Assembly (NCBI RefSeq): GCF_036321535.1
Contig: NC_087438.1
Span: 4,032,001-4,096,000 of the forward strand
Direction: 5' to 3'
Source: Camelus dromedarius
Lineage: Eukaryota
Length of the DNA: 64,000 nucleotides
Shown here: positions 62,757-64,000 of the stretch, in pieces
How positions within the stretch are numbered: the first letter of the stretch is position 1
Layout of the letters: each line of letters opens with the position of its first letter
Notes under the pieces: model-generated
Told to the model about the DNA's origin: nothing
Seen by the model: the letters and a program-made list of their open reading frames with translations, nothing else
The model's database searches: none
Position numbers and translations under genes: made by a program

Positions 62757-63320
62757 TTCATAGCAGCACTGTATATAATAACCAACCTAAATGTCCATGG
62801 ACAGATGATTGGATAAAGAAGCTGTGGTATATTTATACAATGGAATACTACTCGGCCATAAAAAAGAATGAAATAATTCCATTTGCAGCAACATGGATGG
62901 ACCTGGAGATCATCATTCTAAGTGAACTAAGCCAGAAATAGAAATAAAAATACCATATGATATCACTCATATGTGGCATCAAAAAAAAAAAAAAAAAGAA
63001 GTCACAAATGAGCTTATCTACAAAACAGAAACAGACTCACAGACATAAGAAGACAATCATGGTTACCAGGGGGAAAGGGGGTGGGAAGGGATAAATTAGG
63101 AGTTCAAGATTTGCAAATATTAACTTGTATACGTAAAATAGATAAACAGTAAGTTTATACTGTAGAGCACAGGGAACTATATTCAACATCTTGTAGTAAC
63201 CTATAATGAGAAAGGATATGAAAACAAATATATGTGTGTATATGTATGACTGAAGCATTATGCTGTACACCAGAAATAATTGATGCATTGTAAACTGACT
63301 ATACTTCAATAAAAAACTAA
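62757..63320 (+). mobile_element. Young L1 3' end
   Basis: TTCATAGCAGCACT...ACAATGGAATACTACTCGGCCATAAAAAAGAATG...GTAAACTGACTATACTTCAATAAAAAA. Confidence 0.92.
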
Positions 63321-63633
63321 TAATACTGAATTTCTTTAGAATATCTTTTTAATTTACTATTTCTACTTCCACAGTTTTATGTATCAACCTTTGTTAATAT
63401 TTTTCATATTTCAAAATTGTTATTTCCTATCCTGTCCCCCAGTAATAAATGTATTTCCTTCTTGATAAGTGAGAATTTGGGGTTTGACATGTGAAGAACT
63501 GACTGCCTTAATATAGAACTTGGAAACTAAAAGAAGAAAACCATAAGGAATACTCTAGAACTCCAATAGAGATATCTGAACTCTGATAGGTAGATAAGGG
63601 GTATTTCAGAGGAAGGAAAAAGGGTTATCAGAC

Positions 63634-64000
63634 TTTCTCTTTTTTTTCTTCCTTTTTCAGTTTTATTTGGTAGAATTATTACAGTTCAACTGCACATACA
63701 CATTACACTGCATGTAAATAGATATACACAGTATACTGCACTGTTTTTTAGTTTACGTATATGTACTGATCATTGCTTCTAAGAACATATTAGAGATTTA
63801 GCTTTTTAAATTTACACAGTTATCAAAGGAATAAAGCCAACTACAAAATAAGAATCAACAGAATGCAGTAATCCAATCATAAAGGACATGTCCAGGCCAA
63901 GCCGTGCTGCCCTTCCGTGCGGACACAGGAGTGGCTCAGGTGCAGGTGTGCTGGGGGACAGTGGAAGTTCTCTCTCCAAGGCTGGCTAGTTTGAGAAAAT
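63634..64000 (-). other. Probable 3'UTR end / poly(A) site of a minus-strand transcript (gene not identified)
   Basis: Minus-strand AATAAA at 63662-63667, several upstream TGTA elements, AU-rich non-repeat sequence, A-rich then T-rich downstream tract. Confidence 0.55.

Overview
Non-coding mammalian genomic DNA; I see no supportable protein-coding exon, RNA gene or CRISPR array. The ORF track is essentially noise apart from four decayed LINE-1 ORF2 peptides. A large share of the window is interspersed repeat: L1 of several ages, L2, MIR, MLT1/MLT2/LTR33 LTRs, two unclassified solo LTRs, and MER8- and MER5-type DNA elements. The young L1 3' ends look cetartiodactyl, possibly camelid; this is inference from recalled L1 3'UTR sequence and from seeing no Alu/B1/Bov/PRE/Can SINEs. 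The last ~350 bp look like the polyadenylation end of a minus-strand transcript, so the window may be intergenic sequence downstream of a gene, with several candidate enhancers and CTCF sites. I found no convincing new biological system. The best observations are insertion anatomy (a twin-primed L1, a tail-less chimeric L1 insert with a target duplication, a solo LTR with a perfect TSD), an LTR with a phased CCAAT array, and duplicated perfect splice donors. Repeat family names are from recall, not a database search, and boundaries are approximate unless a TSD/TIR is quoted.
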